Numbered from the stretch's first letter, positions 18,994 through 31,189 are shown. The stretch is 64,000 nucleotides of DNA from Calditrichia bacterium (GCA_963777955.1 CAVZSQ010000013.1:384001-448000), one strand, 5' to 3'. Notes: generated by a model from the letters alone, not told the origin. Translations and numbers: made by a program.

Positions 18994-20052
18994 TCAATGA
19001 TAAATCTCGTACATGGGCAATAAATCTGCTACACCCTGTGTAGCCCAGCGACCATAGACTTCCACAGCATTTCTATCCCTGGGATAGCCAGAAGAATCCA
19101 GGATTACCATTGAATAGTTTAATCTCAACCATGAAACCCTGCCATGCAGATCCTTGATGTATAAATATTTATCGAAACTCAAACGCCATTCAGCGGCCGA
19201 TTCTCCCTGAGTGAGCACATGATAGCAGTCGTCGCTGATAAATTTAAAAGATTCATCCGTGAACGTCTTCCCTAGATCATCTACAAAATGAACCATATAC
19301 CCTTCTTCATATAATTTTTGCTGAATTAACGCCTTTAAAAAATGAAAAAGGGAGCCCTGGTTTGCACTCCTGCGGTTTTGTTTCCATCGGTTGGCCTCGG
19401 CTGAATCGGCCGGCAATAAATGGGAAAATTTTGGTTTTATCGACCAGCTCCATTTCCCATAGTTTTTGTCCCATGAAAAATTGACCAGGATACAATCAAT
19501 TTTAAGACCAAGAGCCCGGTTGGTTATGCGTAACGGTTCTGCTGCTTTGGCCGCGAAATAACGTGACGAAGTCCAGGCGAAATCGAGCACTTCCGGATTT
19601 TCAATATCACATTGATCGGCGAAATCCGATTGACCTAAAAAATAGTATTTGAACTTTTTCAGATTGTCCAGCCATTCCCTGGGGATTTCTCCCATGACCA
19701 CGGTTGGAGTTGTTTCGTAGGCCAGGGGAATCAGACGAAAGTTTTCCTGCAGATGAGAATCATTCTTTATTAAAACCGATTTACTGATATATTGATAACC
19801 GGCCATTGACACCACTAACTCATGTATACCGGCCGGCAGATTACTGATTATATAATATCCATCCCGGCTGGTGGATATTCCCCAGGTAGTATTGGCAATA
19901 TATACATTTACGTTTTCTACCGGTTTACCGGTGGCCTGGTCATAGACATGCCCGGAAATATCATTGCCGGGATTCTGAGCAATCAGCAGATTAGCGGGAT
20001 TGCTGCAGCAGATAAAAAAAATAAGAAGCCACTTTTTCATCACTTTATCCAT
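18994..20052 (-). CDS. Exported protein with carboxypeptidase-regulatory-like (CarbopepD_reg_2) domain
   Basis: Signal peptide; ISGHVYDQATGKPVENVNVYIANTTWGISTSRDGYY...LVVSMAGYQ; FLGQS...IENPEVL and C-terminal VADLLP typical of this FCB protein group. Confidence 0.75.
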   Translation of the reverse strand: MDKVMKKWLLIFFICCSNPANLLIAQNPGNDISGHVYDQATGKPVENVNVYIANTTWGISTSRDGYYIISNLPAGIHELVVSMAGYQYISKSVLIKNDSHLQENFRLIPLAYETTPTVVMGEIPREWLDNLKKFKYYFLGQSDFADQCDIENPEVLDFAWTSSRYFAAKAAEPLRITNRALGLKIDCILVNFSWDKNYGKWSWSIKPKFSHLLPADSAEANRWKQNRRSANQGSLFHFLKALIQQKLYEEGYMVHFVDDLGKTFTDESFKFISDDCYHVLTQGESAAEWRLSFDKYLYIKDLHGRVSWLRLNYSMVILDSSGYPRDRNAVEVYGRWATQGVADLLPMYEIYH

Positions 20053-20200
20053 ATTCCATTATACGAGTGAAAATATACAATGGTTACTTTCAAAATCCGA
20101 GTTAAATATGACTTTGCCAACAGGAACAAGTCCCCCAGGCCGAGCGTATATTTCTGTTTGAAGAGTACGGGAGTGTGCGGCATTTTTAGTATTCTTTTAG

Positions 20201-20229
20201 TTGCCCTTTATTGCGAATCATATTATAAT
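20201..20229 (+). promoter_or_regulatory. Candidate sigma70 promoter for DUF362/polyferredoxin genes
   Basis: TTGCCC-N17-TATAAT. Confidence 0.5.
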
Positions 20230-20303
20230 TGTTTTCGGCTAAGTAAAAAAAGTAAGGACTGTTCAGATCTTTTTGCACGATCATAGAAATTCAGGAGATC
20301 ATC

Positions 20304-21211
20304 ATGATAAATCGTCGTGAATTCATTAAACGGAGTAGTAAAGCCGCACTGGCCCTGTCCGCCTTATCTGCGTCAAAAGCAGTTTCTGTATTCGCGCAGC
20401 AAACTGTTCCCGCAGCTGTGTGGGTAGAAAATGGCGAACCGGCAGATTTGTTAAAAGCAGCTTTAAAGGAATACGGCGGAATGAACCATTTCATATCACG
20501 GGTGACATTGTTGTGGTCAAACCGAATATTGGCTGGGACCGTGCTCCGCAGTACGCTGCTAATTCGAATCCCGATCTGGTGGCTGAGATTATCAAAGCCT
20601 GTTATTCGGCCGGCGCCAAAACAGTAAAAGTATTCGACAATACCTGTAACAATCCGCGGCGTTGTTATAAAAATTCGCAGATAGAAGAAAAGGCCACGGC
20701 AGCGGATGCAGAAGTATCCCAGATCCGGAATGAAAAATTTGTTAATACGACTATTAAAAACGGTAAAATACTCAAAGAATGGTCTTTATATAAGGACTAT
20801 CTGGAAGCGGATAAAGTTATTAATGTCCCCATTGCCAAACATCATTCCATGAGCAGGGTAACTCTGGGTTTGAAGAACCTGATGGGGGTAATGGGCGATA
20901 ACCGCGGTTCACTGCATTCAGACTTTGACATTAAATTAAATGATATCGATAGCAATATTCTGCCCACCCTGACTATTATGGATGCCTATCGTATCTTAAC
21001 GGCCAATGGCCCGGTGGGGGGCAACCTGGCTCATGTAAAATTAACCAAAACTCTGATCATGAGCCCCTGTGTGGTGACCGCCGATTATCTGGCACTTGAT
21101 CTTTTTGGTCTCACTTTAACAGAAGTAGGCCACGTTAAAGAAGCAGTCAATCGCGGAATGAATAAATACGATCTGAAAAAATTGAATGTGAAGAAGATTT
21201 CATTAGCCTGA
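20304..21211 (+). CDS. Tat-exported DUF362 protein (one frameshift near 20500)
   Basis: NRREFIK Tat motif; adding one G to the run at 20500-20502 gives FISRGDIVVVKPNIGWDR; INVPIAKHH, TLGLKNLMG. Confidence 0.85.
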
Positions 21212-21260
21212 GTGGAAATCCTGATAGGAAGGGACAAAGGGACAAAGATAAAAAATACCG

Positions 21261-21340
21261 ACCCACCCCTCTTTCCCCTCGCCTATCAGATCCGACAGCA
21301 CTGCCGGACTAGATAGGGAGGGGATGACAAGGGGTGGGTT
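21261..21340. repeat. Long hairpin repeat, family C (ACCCACCCCT...CCCCTC...GGGAGGGGA...GGGG.GGGT)
   Basis: Same arms at 33070-33135 and 36790-36855; this copy carries an extra inner hairpin tccgacag-ca-ctgccgga. Confidence 0.8.
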
Positions 21341-21392
21341 AGGATAAGCCCGGCACCGATGATATTTATAAATACTAATTTTATTTAACTCA

Positions 21393-22994
21393 ATGTCAAA
21401 AACCAGAAAAATATTTCAAATCCTCTTCCTGCTCTTTTTCATTTTCTTATTCATGAAAGCACGGTATCCTTACAACGACGCACTTACCTCGGATATTTTT
21501 CTGCGTTTCAGTCCGCTGATACCGTTATTTGATTTTATTCAGCATTTCAGGATATCCTGGCTATTCTGGCCGGCGTTGATCATCCTGCTGGCCACACCAT
21601 TTTTGGGCCGATTCTTTTGCGGCTGGATCTGTCCGTTGGGTACAGCCATCGATGTCTCCAGTAAAATTGTAAAATCCCCTTCCAATAAAATCTCCGCCAA
21701 ATTCGAAAACTGGCGCTATGTGAAATTTGCGCTCCTGGTGGGCTTGATTATCCTGGCAATTTTTTCGGTCAATCTGTGGGGTTATCTTGATCCGCTTTCA
21801 ATCTTTAACCGGGCTTTGACCGCCATTCTTTATCCACTTTCGACCCTGTTCGTTGAGAAATCTTTACTGGCGTTAGCCAGTATATCATTTTTAGCTGATC
21901 CTGTTTATTACATATATGATCATTTTAAAAATTTGATTATGCCCGAAGATCAGATTTTCCTGCAACAGTTATTCTGGATATCCATCTTTTTTATTATCAT
22001 TCTTGGTCTGGAAAAATTATCGCGGCGATTCTGGTGCCGCAATTTATGTCCCGCCGGTGCCTGGCTGGGATTCCTGTCCCAGTTCCGTCTTTACGAACGC
22101 ATTGTCGGAGATCAGTGCCCGGTATGCAACAAGTGCCAGGTTGAATGTAAGATGAATGCCATACCGGCCGGGAATGTTAAACTGACTAATAAAGTAGAAT
22201 GTATAGAGTGCTTCAACTGCGGAGCCGTCTGTCCGCCCAAAGCCAAATCGATCACTTACCGCTGGCGCTGGAAACCGTATCATTCAGAGGTTGATTATAA
22301 CCGCCGCCAGTTTATCACCACCTCTGCTACCAGTGTGGCAGTGCTCGGTTTATTATCTCTCGGTTTTAAAAATCGCCAGGAGCGCAAAGGGATTATACGT
22401 CCACCTGGTTCATTACCTGAAGATGAATTCCTGGATCGCTGTATCCGCTGTCTGGAATGTGTGCGTATCTGTTCGACCAACGGCCGCTGTCTGCAGCCGG
22501 ATCATATTCATAATACGGTTCTGGAACTGTGGGCTCCCACAGCCATCATGCGCGAGGGGTATTGCGAGTATAACTGCAATTTGTGCGGACTGGTATGTCC
22601 TACTGAAGCCATACTCCCGCTCGGGCTGGAACAGAAAAAAGTTACCCCCATGGGTCTGGCCTATTTTGATAAAAATCTTTGTATCCCTTTTGCCCAGAAT
22701 AAAGATTGTATTGTCTGTGAAGAACATTGTCCCACGCCGGAAAAAGCCATCAAGTTTGAAATTAAGGACGCGATCTTACCCGATGGTACCTCACGAAAGG
22801 TTAAGTATCCATATGTAGTGCGGGAGTTATGCATCGGCTGCGGGATATGTGAAACCAAGTGTCCTTTGCCCACTGCATCTGCTATAATTGTTACCAATGA
22901 GAATGAAAAACGGCTGACGAAGGCGAATGCAGCTGTTTCAAGAACATATAAATTAGTGAAAAATGTTTTTTATTTTAATCCTTACGAATTTTAA
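21393..22994 (+). CDS. Membrane polyferredoxin (NapH/MauN-like membrane domain fused to NapG/MauM-like 4Fe-4S domain)
   Basis: GRFFCGWICPLG and RFWCRNLCPAG motifs; multiple CxxCxxCxxxCP; IRPPGS; internal RRQF twin-arginine motif. Confidence 0.88.
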   Translation: MSKTRKIFQILFLLFFIFLFMKARYPYNDALTSDIFLRFSPLIPLFDFIQHFRISWLFWPALIILLATPFLGRFFCGWICPLGTAIDVSSKIVKSPSNKISAKFENWRYVKFALLVGLIILAIFSVNLWGYLDPLSIFNRALTAILYPLSTLFVEKSLLALASISFLADPVYYIYDHFKNLIMPEDQIFLQQLFWISIFFIIILGLEKLSRRFWCRNLCPAGAWLGFLSQFRLYERIVGDQCPVCNKCQVECKMNAIPAGNVKLTNKVECIECFNCGAVCPPKAKSITYRWRWKPYHSEVDYNRRQFITTSATSVAVLGLLSLGFKNRQERKGIIRPPGSLPEDEFLDRCIRCLECVRICSTNGRCLQPDHIHNTVLELWAPTAIMREGYCEYNCNLCGLVCPTEAILPLGLEQKKVTPMGLAYFDKNLCIPFAQNKDCIVCEEHCPTPEKAIKFEIKDAILPDGTSRKVKYPYVVRELCIGCGICETKCPLPTASAIIVTNENEKRLTKANAAVSRTYKLVKNVFYFNPYEF

Positions 22995-23235
22995 TTATAT
23001 TTTAGATGAATTATCAGTTTAGAGTCTATCAAAAATATCTATTTTAGATAAATAATTTATTCATCATTTGTTTCTGAATTTATTTCAAAATAGACTATTT
23101 TTACTTTATTGTTTTAGATGAACCTCCTTTGCTAAACCAATTGTAAATAACATATTTATCACGCTGATGGGAAAATTTGAATGAACTAGGTAATTTTGTT
23201 TATGGTGAGATTTAATTCCTGGCAGGATTGGAGTT

Positions 23236-25914
23236 ATGATTAAAGTTGATCAATTTGCAATTGTAAGTGGCTGTTTATTAGTAGCCACATCTTCATCGCA
23301 GGCCCAGGAAAGTATTACGAGCAGCAACTTAGAAGGTTGGGTCATAGACTCGACTGGAATATCAATAGCTGCAGCAAACGTAGTCGTCAATTCATCCAGT
23401 TTACAAGGAACTCGTGGCACCACCAGCGACAATAACGGTTTATTTCGTATACTATATTTACCCCCCGGTGATTACACAATCAGAATTTCTCATGTATCTT
23501 TCAGACCTCAGGTATTTGTAAATGTTCGAATTCTATTGGGGAGAACGACCGGACTTGGTGACATCCGATTGACAGAGATGACTTATGATATGAAAGAAAT
23601 TGTTATTCAGGCTGAGCAGCCGTTTATTGATTCAACATCTGTAACAACCGGCGCTAATCTTTTACGCAGAGATTTTGAACTACTACCTATAGAACGTAAT
23701 TATCTAAGTGCAGTTTCCATTCTGCCGCATACTAACCAGAGTTATTTCGGCGACGAGGTCAATACGGGAGGCGCTTCAGGGGCTGAAAACAGATACTTTC
23801 TTGATGGTAATGACGTTACCGATCCCTTCCGTGGGATCGCGGTACCAACTTACCCTACAATTTTGTCCAGGAAATCCAGGTAAAAAGTTTTGGCTATGAA
23901 CCCGAGTACCGGAGCGCACTTGGAGGCATTATAAATGCCATCACCTACTCGGGGAGCAATAAGTTTTCTGGCCAGATCTTTGGATTCTTTACTAATAATA
24001 ATTTCTCTTCGGAACCACGTTTAGCCGAAACAGAACCTCCAAAAGGTTCCTATTCTCAATATGATTTTGGGCTTTTATTGGGGGGACCTATTATCAGGGA
24101 CAGACTCTGGTTCTCTGCTGCCTATAGCCCCTTTTTCCGCAATGAAGATATAAAACTACCTGGACTTGGGATACTATCCGGACAACATTGTTGCACACCC
24201 TTTGTGCAGGAAAACTCAATTGGAAAGCCTCGGAGTCTGTAAGACTTAAGACTAACTGTACTTGGAGATCCAACCCGTGATAATGCAGTAGGGAAGAAGT
24301 TTTGGTACCACCCAACTATTCTAAATTCAGAAAACCCCGACTTTTTTTCTATCAAAAAATATTTCAGGCGGATATGGATCAATTATCGATGGGCAGTACT
24401 TTCTATCAACGTAAAACGCATTTTCAGGGCACCGTTTCATGGAAAACTTTTGATCACAAATATTTACCGCGTACTGAAAAAGGTGCTAAAGACCCGACTT
24501 TCTTGGATACCGAAACTGCTACAGTATCAGGTGGGACTGGAGAAAGGGTGGATATTCGTAGTACAGTAATTGCCGTTTCCATGTCTTTATCACTGAACCT
24601 AAATCAACAGCTGTTAAAAGCAGGTATAGAGTATAAGGATATAGGACTGGAAAGTAATAATATCTTGGAACAACTTTGGCGATATAACGACTCTAGTTTG
24701 ACAATCTATCAAGGTAATCCGAGTGGAACCATTCGAAACCGTATTCCGTCTTTATATGTGCAGGATAGTTGGTCTTCAAGAATCGGATTACGATAACAGG
24801 TGGTATGCGATGGGACGGACTCTTTGTAATCGGGGGGGATGGAAAAGTAGCTCAACGAATTTTCAAACAATTCCAGCCACGGTTAGGTGGATCATTCTTG
24901 TTTAACAGGAAAAAGACTATGAAGATCTATGTAACTGTTGGACGGTATGCTGAAGATTTGTTAACATTCGGCTCGACATATTATCATATTTGTGGAACAC
25001 AAATTATCAAATATTATGATCATGACCCACGTATAGACCCGACAATTAATAATATGTTTTTACTCGGCGGTAAAATTGCGCCTGAAGTGAAAGGTCTACG
25101 AGGACAATACTATGATGAACTCGTTATCGGATATGAACAACTGATAATCTCATCGTTGAAACTCACAGTTCGAGGTATATACCGAAGACTAAAAGAGATA
25201 TTAGAGGACGGGGAAGGGATCGCAGGTTCTGGTATATTCTATTTTGGCAATCCGGGGCACTATCCATTAGATGAATTCCCAAAACCTGAACGTGTTTATA
25301 CTGCACTTGATTTAACTATCGAGAGATCTTTCGATAGGTCATCGAAAATATTTATTTCATACATATTATCCCGCAACTATGGAAATTATGCAGGTATGTA
25401 CTGGCAGGACCATGGTGTGGCCATGCCATCCGTATCTGGGCAATTCGACTATCTGGACATTATGAAAAATTCATCAGGATTGCTACCCAATGATCGGACA
25501 CACGTACTGAAATTCAACGGGTCATTTAATTTAACTTTAAGACTCTCCTGCGGAGTATTATTTATCTGGCAATCAGGCACGCCCCTTAGTGAAATCGGTG
25601 GATCCGCCCACGGGCAGGATTGGCCAATTTTTCTTAAACCGCGTGGTTCTACTGGCAGGCTTCCATCAATATGGGATTTGAATCTACGTTTTGCATACGA
25701 TATAACATTTTTGTCAGATTGGAGAGCAAGACCGCGATTGATTCTGGATGTTTTCCATGTAGGTAGTCAATTGACGGTGGTCCAGCAGGATCAACGACAT
25801 TACTTTAATCAAGATGATCAGGGTGATCAGATCAATCCCAATCCCGCTTATGGTTTACCTCAAAAATTTCAACCACCAATGTCCGTAAGATTAGGGATGG
25901 AAGTGAATTTCTGA
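23236..25914 (+). CDS. TonB-dependent receptor, Oar-like with N-terminal carboxypeptidase-regulatory domain; split by several frameshifts
   Basis: Fragments in changing frames: LPPGDYTI, ENRYFLDGNDVTDP, PYNFVQEIQVKSFGYEPEY...GGIINAITYSGSN (plug), YVQDSW, GMRWD, LPNDRTH, C-terminal VRLGMEVNF. Confidence 0.8.
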
Positions 25915-26085
25915 TTACGATTAATTGTAAATTTCCAAATTCTTTTCAGATTAAATTTTTTAATAAAATTCTTTTCTATCTGTATTTATTTTTATAATTT
26001 TTTATGTTTTCTCCCATCTGGCATTTAGTGATAACATATTAGATTTATTGTACCGGTTTCTTTATAAAACAAGAAAAGACAATCT

Positions 26086-29000
26086 ATGAAACGTAATCTG
26101 GCGTGTTGGTTTCTTTTATTCAATTGTCAGATTTTGATTCCACAAATTCTTAGCGCACAGGAGGATCAAAACCGTTTTGAACGTATTTCCATCCAGGAAG
26201 GCTTGGCCCAGTCAACTGTCAATTGTATTTTAATGGATCGGCAAGGATTTATGTGGTTTGGTACTGCCAATGGATTGAATAGGTATGATGGATATTCTAT
26301 AAAAAGATATCAAACAAGCCTTGATGATGTAAATAGTCTTTCTCATTTTTATGTGCAGGATTTATATGAAGTTCCTTCCGATTCCGTCCATTTAATGTGG
26401 GTCGCTACTTCCGGGGGTGGACTTAATCTATTTAATATGGAAACAGAGAAATTCAAACGCTATCAGCATAAACCAGATAATCTTAATGGTTTATCTCATG
26501 ATCTATTACATTCGATCTGCCCTGGTGATAGTGGTTATTTATGGATTGGAACCTGGGGTGGTGGAATTGATATTTTAAATCCCAAAAATGATACTTTCAG
26601 CCATCTTCGCCACACAGTCAGAAGATACGAATTCTTTATCAAGCAATTATGTCATGGTAATAATTCGTGATCGCTGGGGCTTATTCTGGATTGGAACGGA
26701 AGGGGGCGGACTTGATTGTTATGACAATGAAAAAAAGATATTTTTACATATCAAGAATAATCCCGCTGATTTAAATAGCCTGAGTAACAATTTTGTCTGG
26801 TCGCTGAAACAGGATTCGAGGGGAAATTTATGGATCGGTACCAAAGAGGGATTGAATCTGCTTACGTTGTCCAATTTCTCTGATAAAGAAGAGTTGTTTT
26901 CTGCCCAAAAATTAAGATTTGAGCGGTTTAATAGATATGCATCTGATACTATCCATATCAACGCAGCTTGGATTGTCGGAATAAGTGAGGATAGCAATGG
27001 CAACATGTGGATCGGCACCTATGGAAATGGTTTACATAAGTTTGACATTCTATCAGGCAAATTTTATAACTATAAAAATGATCCTTTCGATAAGAATAGT
27101 ATCGGTATCAATGATATAAAACCGGTTTACTGTGATCCACGCGGGCAAGCCTTATGGGTTGGAACGGATGGTGCAGGTGTCTTTAAACATGCCAGGAATC
27201 AAAAACCGTTTAATTGGATAGGCAATAAGCCGGGTGACATTAACAGTTTGGCTGCCAATACGGTTTACGGCATGACGGAAGATTCCCGGGGTAATATATG
27301 GATAGGTACTCAGACCAGGGGCGTGGAAAAATATGATCCTGTTCAAAAAAAATTCATGCATTTCCCCTTTGATCCTCAAAATCAGTATAGCCCGCCCAGT
27401 AAAAAGGTTAATGTGATCTATGAAGATTTTTTAAATAAGATTTGGATTGGAACTGCACATGGCTTGGCCAGATTTGATTATACGACAAATAGATTTATCA
27501 GATATAATTCTTCATATAATCGTGAAGTTTCTCGATTGCCTGAATGGGTTTATGGAATATTCGTGGATTCATTGCATAATCCACCCATTATGTGGTTGGG
27601 AGGATATGACGGATTATATAAGATTGACCCTAGGGAGGATACGAGTACCCACTTTAAACATAATGCACTTGATTCTAACAGTCTGATAAATGACAATATT
27701 ACGCTCATATACGGTGAGTATTTAAATAACAATTTGTATTTATGGATCGGTACTGAGAACGGACTTGATAAATTTGACGTTTACCAGAATAAGTTTCATC
27801 ATTTCCTTCATGATCCGGGTAATCCTGAAAGTATCAGTAATAATTCTATATATTGCATTTATCGTGACACCTCGGGTAAACTGTGGATCGGTACATATGG
27901 TGGAGGATTGAATCTACTAAATGAGGAAAATAATACATTCACATACTTTACTGAAAAGAATGGTTTGAGTAATAATATAGTCATCGGGATACTTGAGGAT
28001 GATACCGGTAATCTATGGTTAAGTACGTTATCTGGATTGTCTAAATTTAATCCAGATTCTAAGCAATTCACTAACTATAATGAAGAAGACGGTATGAATT
28101 GCTCTGAATTCTGGATTGGATCATTTTTTAAAAGCCACACGGGTGCATTGTATTTCGGCGGTAATAACGGTATTGTTTATTTTAATCCCGACAGTATAAA
28201 AGAGAACACGGCTGTCCCACCTGTCGTTTTGACCGATTTTCAAGTTTTCAATAAATCGGTCCTGCCAGGAGAAAAATCTCCCTTGCGCAAGCCTGTATCT
28301 GAAGCAAATGAAATTATCCTGCTCTATGATCAGGATATCTTCACAATCGAATTTTCAGCTCTGGACTATACCGCCCCGATGAAAAATCAGTACGCCTATA
28401 AATTGAGCGACGTTAATGCAGATTGGGTCTATACCGATGCCAAACGACGTTTTGCCACCTATACCAAACTGAATCCGGGAGAATTTATCTTCCGGGTTAA
28501 AGGTTCCAATAACGACGGAGTTTGGAACGAAACAGGAACATCAATTAAGATTATCATCCTGCCCCCCTGGTACAGCAGTAAAATTGCTTATGCTTTATAT
28601 CTTCTGGCCCTGATTAGTCTGGTGGTGGGTACCTGGAAATTGCAGGTGAATCGTCTGCACCAGAAACACCAGCGTGAACTGGAACATCTGGAAGCGGAAA
28701 AGTTGAAGGAAGTGGATCAGGCTCAAATCCCGATTTCTTTGCCAATATTTCCCATGAATTCCGTACCCCTTTAACCCTGATTGAAGGACCAGTCAAACAG
28801 GTGCTCAGACGGTGAATTCACTGGAGATATCAAAGAGCACTGCCAGATGATTCTTCGCAATACGAAACGATTATTAGATCTGGTCAATCAACTGTTGGAT
28901 CTGTCTAAACTGGAATCGGGCAGGATGAAATTAAAGGTGAAGCAACAGGACATTATAACCTTAATCCGGGGATTGGCACAATCCTTTGAATCGCTGGCAA

Positions 29001-30443
29001 AAAGAAAAAATATTGAATTTATATTTAAATCTCCAATCGACGCAGGGGCAATTCATGAATTGCCCCTACTGAGGCATATATCGACGAGGAAAAATTGGAA
29101 CGGATCATCAACAATTTATTATCAAATGCCTTCAAATTTACGCCCGATGGCGGCCACGTGGGGGTGGTGGTGACGTGATAATGGGAATGCGGATATCGGT
29201 AGAGACGCGATATATCGCGTCTCTACAAGGCCGGATGCACCCCCATCGGTCATTATCACCATCACCAACACCGGTCCCGGTATACCTCGCCGACAAAATC
29301 GATCACATTTTCGACCGGTTTTACCAGGTGGATGATTCCCAGACCCGGCATCATGAAGGTACCGGCATAGGTCTGGCCCTGGTGCAGGAACTGGTGGAAT
29401 TACACCATGGCCAGATCACGGTCACCAGCGAACCGGGTAAGATGACCACCTTCACCGTAATGATTCCGGTTGATCAGGAATCATATGATGAATCGGAAAT
29501 ATGCCGGGATGAAACGTTGGAACCGATGGTGGTTTATGCGAATGGTGGTTCGGTAATTGAAACCCCGGTAATATACACGAATGATGTCGCCCCCATCGAA
29601 AAACCACCGGTAGATTATGAAACCGTAGAGACGCGATATATCGCGTCTCTACGAAAACCGGATTCCCATCCCCCCAAACGCCCCGCCAAAACCGCACCGG
29701 TTATTTTAATCGTCGATGACAATGCCGATGTGCGGCAATATATCGGCGGTTTATTGAACCCGGATTGTCGTATTCTGGAAGCGGAAAATGGCGAACAGGG
29801 AATCTCGGTAGCAAAACAGAGTACGCCTGATCTGGTCATCAGCGATGTGATGATGCCGGGGATGGACGGATATGAACTGTGCCGAAAGATTAAAACCGAT
29901 CTGGAGATCAGTCACATTCCGGTCATATTATTAACCGCCCGGGCGGAGGAAAGCGATAAACTCGAGGGTTTGGAAACTGGTGCTGATGATTATCTTACTA
30001 AACCGTTTGAAGCCCGTGAATTACAGTTACGGGTAAAAAATATTATCCACTATCGTAAGCAATTGCAGGAAAAATTCAATCAAGATCTTTATATCAAACC
30101 CAAAGATATCACCGTAACCTCGCTTGATGAAAAATTCCTGGAAAAAATAATACAGATGATTAATGAGCAAATATCAGATTCCGATTTGAATGTTGAAAAA
30201 TTATCTAACGTCTTGAATATGAGCAGAATCCAATTATGGCGTAAAGTAAAGGCCTTGTTAGGATTGACTCCTGTTGCTTTGGTAAGAAGAATGCGCGTAC
30301 AAAGGGCAAAAGAACTGCTGGAACACCATTTCGGGAATGTCTCACAGGTCGCCTATGAAGCAGGTTTTAACAATATATCATATTTTTCCAGGTGTTTTCA
30401 GAAACAATTCGGAATTCATCCCTCAATGTTTATACTTAAATAA
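26086..30443 (+). CDS. Hybrid two-component sensor/regulator (beta-propeller, Y_Y_Y, HisKA, HATPase, receiver, AraC); split by multiple frameshifts
   Basis: Repeated LWIGT propeller blades; YAYKL...[21 protein letters not shown] at about 28744; [10 protein letters not shown] at about 29115; [41 protein letters not shown]. Confidence 0.9.
29042..29069. repeat. GTAG-type REP palindrome inside the sensor kinase (reads AGAIHELPL)
   Basis: gcaggggcaattcatgaattgcccctac; 27/28 identical to the intergenic copy at 54056-54083. Confidence 0.9.
29199..29226. repeat. GTAG-type REP palindrome inside the sensor kinase (VETRYIASL copy 1)
   Basis: gtagagacgcgatatatcgcgtctctac, perfect 28-bp palindrome. Confidence 0.95.
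29625..29652. repeat. GTAG-type REP palindrome inside the sensor kinase (VETRYIASL copy 2)
   Basis: Identical to 29199-29226; in frame in the HATPase-receiver linker. Confidence 0.95.
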
Positions 30444-30495
30444 ATTCAATTATTTTCTTTCTTAATTTCTATCTTGGAGCTCACTTTACTAAAAA

Positions 30496-30561
30496 ATGTA
30501 ACATTTGTGCTAAGTAATGTTACATATCTGTTAGACATTTTAACCCCTTTTTCGCTATAGT
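30496..30561 (+). promoter_or_regulatory. Probable AraC/HTCS binding direct repeats and -10 element
   Basis: atgtaacatttgtgcta (30496) and atgttacatatctgtta (30517) at 21-bp period; TATAGT at 30556. Confidence 0.55.
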
Positions 30562-30649
30562 TAGAACGGTATATAGGTCAGACAGTTAAAGAGCATTTTA
30601 AATCTATATGACATATTTTCTATCAAAAATCTAATCCCAGGAGGTCTTT

Positions 30650-31189
30650 ATGTTAAGTTCAAAAAATTTAATTTTTATTACCGCCCTTGTTTTCATCGGG
30701 ATCAGTGGATGTCAGGATGGTAGTAATCCCATTGAAAATCTTACTTTCACAACCACTGCACCCGCAGAAAATCCCATCAATGGATTAGCAAAAGCAACCA
30801 CGGTTATGACCAAAGACACGATTAATGAATACTGGCAGTTGTCAGGTGAGTGTTTGAATGAATTACTCGATATCTATTACAGTGATGAACTCATTTTGCA
30901 TACAACGATCGATAATCAAGGTGGATTTCATACGGTTATGCATTGGCGTCCGATTAACACGATCGCTTATGGGGTAGAATCCGGTAACATCTGGATCCCG
31001 GTAGGGGCCGTACCCATTATTGAACATTCTGGCAAAGTCGGGGAGATTTTTACAGAGGCGGGTTGTTATAACTGGAAGGCGCAGCAGGAAGGACCCAGTC
31101 TGACCGAACCCTGGATTTTACATTGTACGGTTAATGCCAATGGCGTCATGACTGTCAACAGGGAAGTTTACAGGTTCATCTGTAAATAA
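30650..31189 (+). CDS. Hypothetical lipoprotein
   Basis: SD AGGAGG; lipobox ISGC; followed by a hairpin. Confidence 0.7.
   Translation: MLSSKNLIFITALVFIGISGCQDGSNPIENLTFTTTAPAENPINGLAKATTVMTKDTINEYWQLSGECLNELLDIYYSDELILHTTIDNQGGFHTVMHWRPINTIAYGVESGNIWIPVGAVPIIEHSGKVGEIFTEAGCYNWKAQQEGPSLTEPWILHCTVNANGVMTVNREVYRFICK

Noticed and set aside
20080..20286. 68-aa ORF or ncRNA in the divergent intergenic region
   Set aside because: Overlaps a good promoter candidate, has no SD or motif, and I could not see a convincing RNA fold.
20490..20510. Programmed frameshifting in DUF362 and other split genes
   Set aside because: No slippery heptamer or stimulatory structure seen; the break is a short G run and similar indels are scattered, so error or decay is simpler.
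23000..23122. Three TTTTAGAT(G/A)AA copies upstream of the TonB receptor
   Set aside because: Irregular spacing in very AT-rich DNA; chance occurrence cannot be excluded.
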